The translations under genes and the position numbers were made by a program. DNA of 42,888 nt, taken from the IMG/VR virus record IMGVR_UViG_2734482773_000006, one strand, 5' to 3'. Origin of the DNA: a virus (Duplodnaviria > Heunggongvirae > Uroviricota > Caudoviricetes). This document shows, in pieces, positions 41,605-42,888 of the stretch (positions within the stretch are counted from its first letter, which is position 1; the number at the start of each line of letters is the position of its first letter). Under the pieces are notes generated by a model. That model had not been told where the DNA came from, did no database searches, and saw nothing but the letters and a program-made list of their open reading frames with translations.

Positions 41605-42888
41605 GTGAACACATTTTCAGTTTCCCGTCTGGCGCTGGCATTGGCTTTTGGCGTGACGCTGACCGCCTGTAGCTCAACCCCGCCCGATCAACGTCCTTCT
41701 GATCAAACCGCGCCTGGTACCTCTTCTCGCCCGATTCTGTCGGCAAAAGAAGCGCAGAATTTCGATGCTCAACACTATTTTGCATCCCTGACACCAGGTG
41801 CTGCAGCGTGGAATCCTTCCCCGATTACCCTGCCTGCGCAACCTGACTTTGTTGTCGGCCCGGCGGGCACTCAAGGTGTAACGCATACCACGATTCAGGC
41901 GGCGGTAGATGCGGCAATTATCAAGCGTACCAACAAGCGCCAGTATATTGCCGTGATGCCTGGTGAGTATCAGGGAACGGTATATGTCCCTGCCGCTCCG
42001 GGTGGAATTACTCTGTACGGTACAGGTGAAAAACCGATTGATGTGAAGATTGGGCTTTCCCTTGATGGTGGCATGAGCCCTGCCGACTGGCGTCACGACG
42101 TCAACCCGCGCGGCAAATATATGCCAGGTAAACCAGCGTGGTATATGTACGATAGCTGCCAGAGCAAACGCAGCGACAGTATCGGTGTTCTCTGCTCTGC
42201 GGTCTTCTGGTCACAAAACAATGGCCTGCAACTGCAAAATCTGACCATCGAAAACACGCTGGGCGATAGCGTAGATGCAGGTAACCATCCGGCGGTGGCA
42301 CTGCGTACTGATGGTGACCAGGTACAGATTAACAACGTTAACATTCTCGGTCGTCAGAACACCTTCTTTGTCACCAACAGCGGTGTGCAGAACCGTCTGG
42401 AAACCAACCGTCAGCCGCGTACGCTGGTGACCAACAGCTACATTGAAGGGGATGTGGATATCGTTTCTGGTCGCGGCGCAGTGGTGTTCGATAACACCGA
42501 ATTCCGCGTGGTGAACTCACGTACTCAGCAAGAAGCGTATGTGTTTGCACCGGCTACGCTGTCCAACATTTACTACGGTTTCCTCGCCGTAAACAGCCGT
42601 TTCAATGCTTTCGGTGATGGTGTGGCGCAACTGGGCCGCTCGCTGGATGTTGATGCCAATACCAACGGTCAGGTGGTGATCCGTGATAGCGCCATCAACG
42701 AAGGTTTTAACACGGCGAAACCGTGGGCCGATGCGGTGATCTCTAATCGTCCGTTTGCGGGTAATACCGGCAGCGTAGATGATAACGACGAAATACAGCG
42801 CAATCTGAATGACACTAACTACAACCGCATGTGGGAATACAATAACCGCGGCGTGGGTAGTAAAGTGGTTGCAGAGGCGAAGAAGTAA
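41605..42888 (+). CDS. ybhC: Host YbhC-like outer membrane lipoprotein (pectinesterase-fold acyl-CoA thioesterase); chromosomal gene flanking lambda attB
   Basis: 427-aa ORF with lipoprotein signal LTAC; visibly different composition from the prophage; known neighbour of attB-lambda in E. coli. Confidence 0.85.
   Translation: MNTFSVSRLALALAFGVTLTACSSTPPDQRPSDQTAPGTSSRPILSAKEAQNFDAQHYFASLTPGAAAWNPSPITLPAQPDFVVGPAGTQGVTHTTIQAAVDAAIIKRTNKRQYIAVMPGEYQGTVYVPAAPGGITLYGTGEKPIDVKIGLSLDGGMSPADWRHDVNPRGKYMPGKPAWYMYDSCQSKRSDSIGVLCSAVFWSQNNGLQLQNLTIENTLGDSVDAGNHPAVALRTDGDQVQINNVNILGRQNTFFVTNSGVQNRLETNRQPRTLVTNSYIEGDVDIVSGRGAVVFDNTEFRVVNSRTQQEAYVFAPATLSNIYYGFLAVNSRFNAFGDGVAQLGRSLDVDANTNGQVVIRDSAINEGFNTAKPWADAVISNRPFAGNTGSVDDNDEIQRNLNDTNYNRMWEYNNRGVGSKVVAEAKK

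Overview
The window is almost entirely one lambda-like (lambdoid) prophage, read here in reverse orientation relative to the standard lambda map, ending at an attL junction with a host ybhC-like gene (41605..42888), i.e. the classical lambda attB site. Minus strand, left to right: side tail fibre stf, lom, the lambda tail genes J-I-K-L-M-H-T/G-V-U-Z, head genes FII-FI-E-D-C/Nu3-B-W-A-Nu1, an intact cos site (~22579..22590), a phage-21/DLP12-type lysis cassette (pinholin S, SAR endolysin R, Rz/Rz1), then Q, rusA, ybcO, ybcN, P, O, a YdaT-like CII analogue and a Cro/YdaS-like gene. Plus strand carries bor, an intact NmpC/Lc-type porin, the cI repressor, the pL operon (gam, bet, exo, orf60a/63/61/73), xis and int. 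Head, tail, replication, recombination and integration genes look lambda-like and intact, while the immunity region is Rac-like and the nin-to-lysis region is DLP12-like. The most interesting feature is an AT-rich ~2.5 kb island (about 28589..31097) inserted between a truncated ren gene and ybcN, carrying a single 631-650 aa gene for a NACHT/STAND-type P-loop NTPase (Walker A GIAGQGKST, Walker B VVLMLDGFDE, TTRP motif), a strong candidate single-gene anti-phage defence (bacterial NLR-like) protein. Two further uncharacterised accessory loci sit at classical moron positions: a two-ORF cassette directly downstream of cI (the rexAB position) and an AT-rich, oppositely oriented 200-aa membrane protein gene between orf73 and xis. 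No full-length N antiterminator is recognisable downstream of the presumed oL/pL. All protein identifications are from recalled similarity to lambda, phage 21, DLP12 and Rac proteins, not from a search. Coordinates taken from the ORF track are exact; coordinates of sites read by eye are approximate to a few bp.
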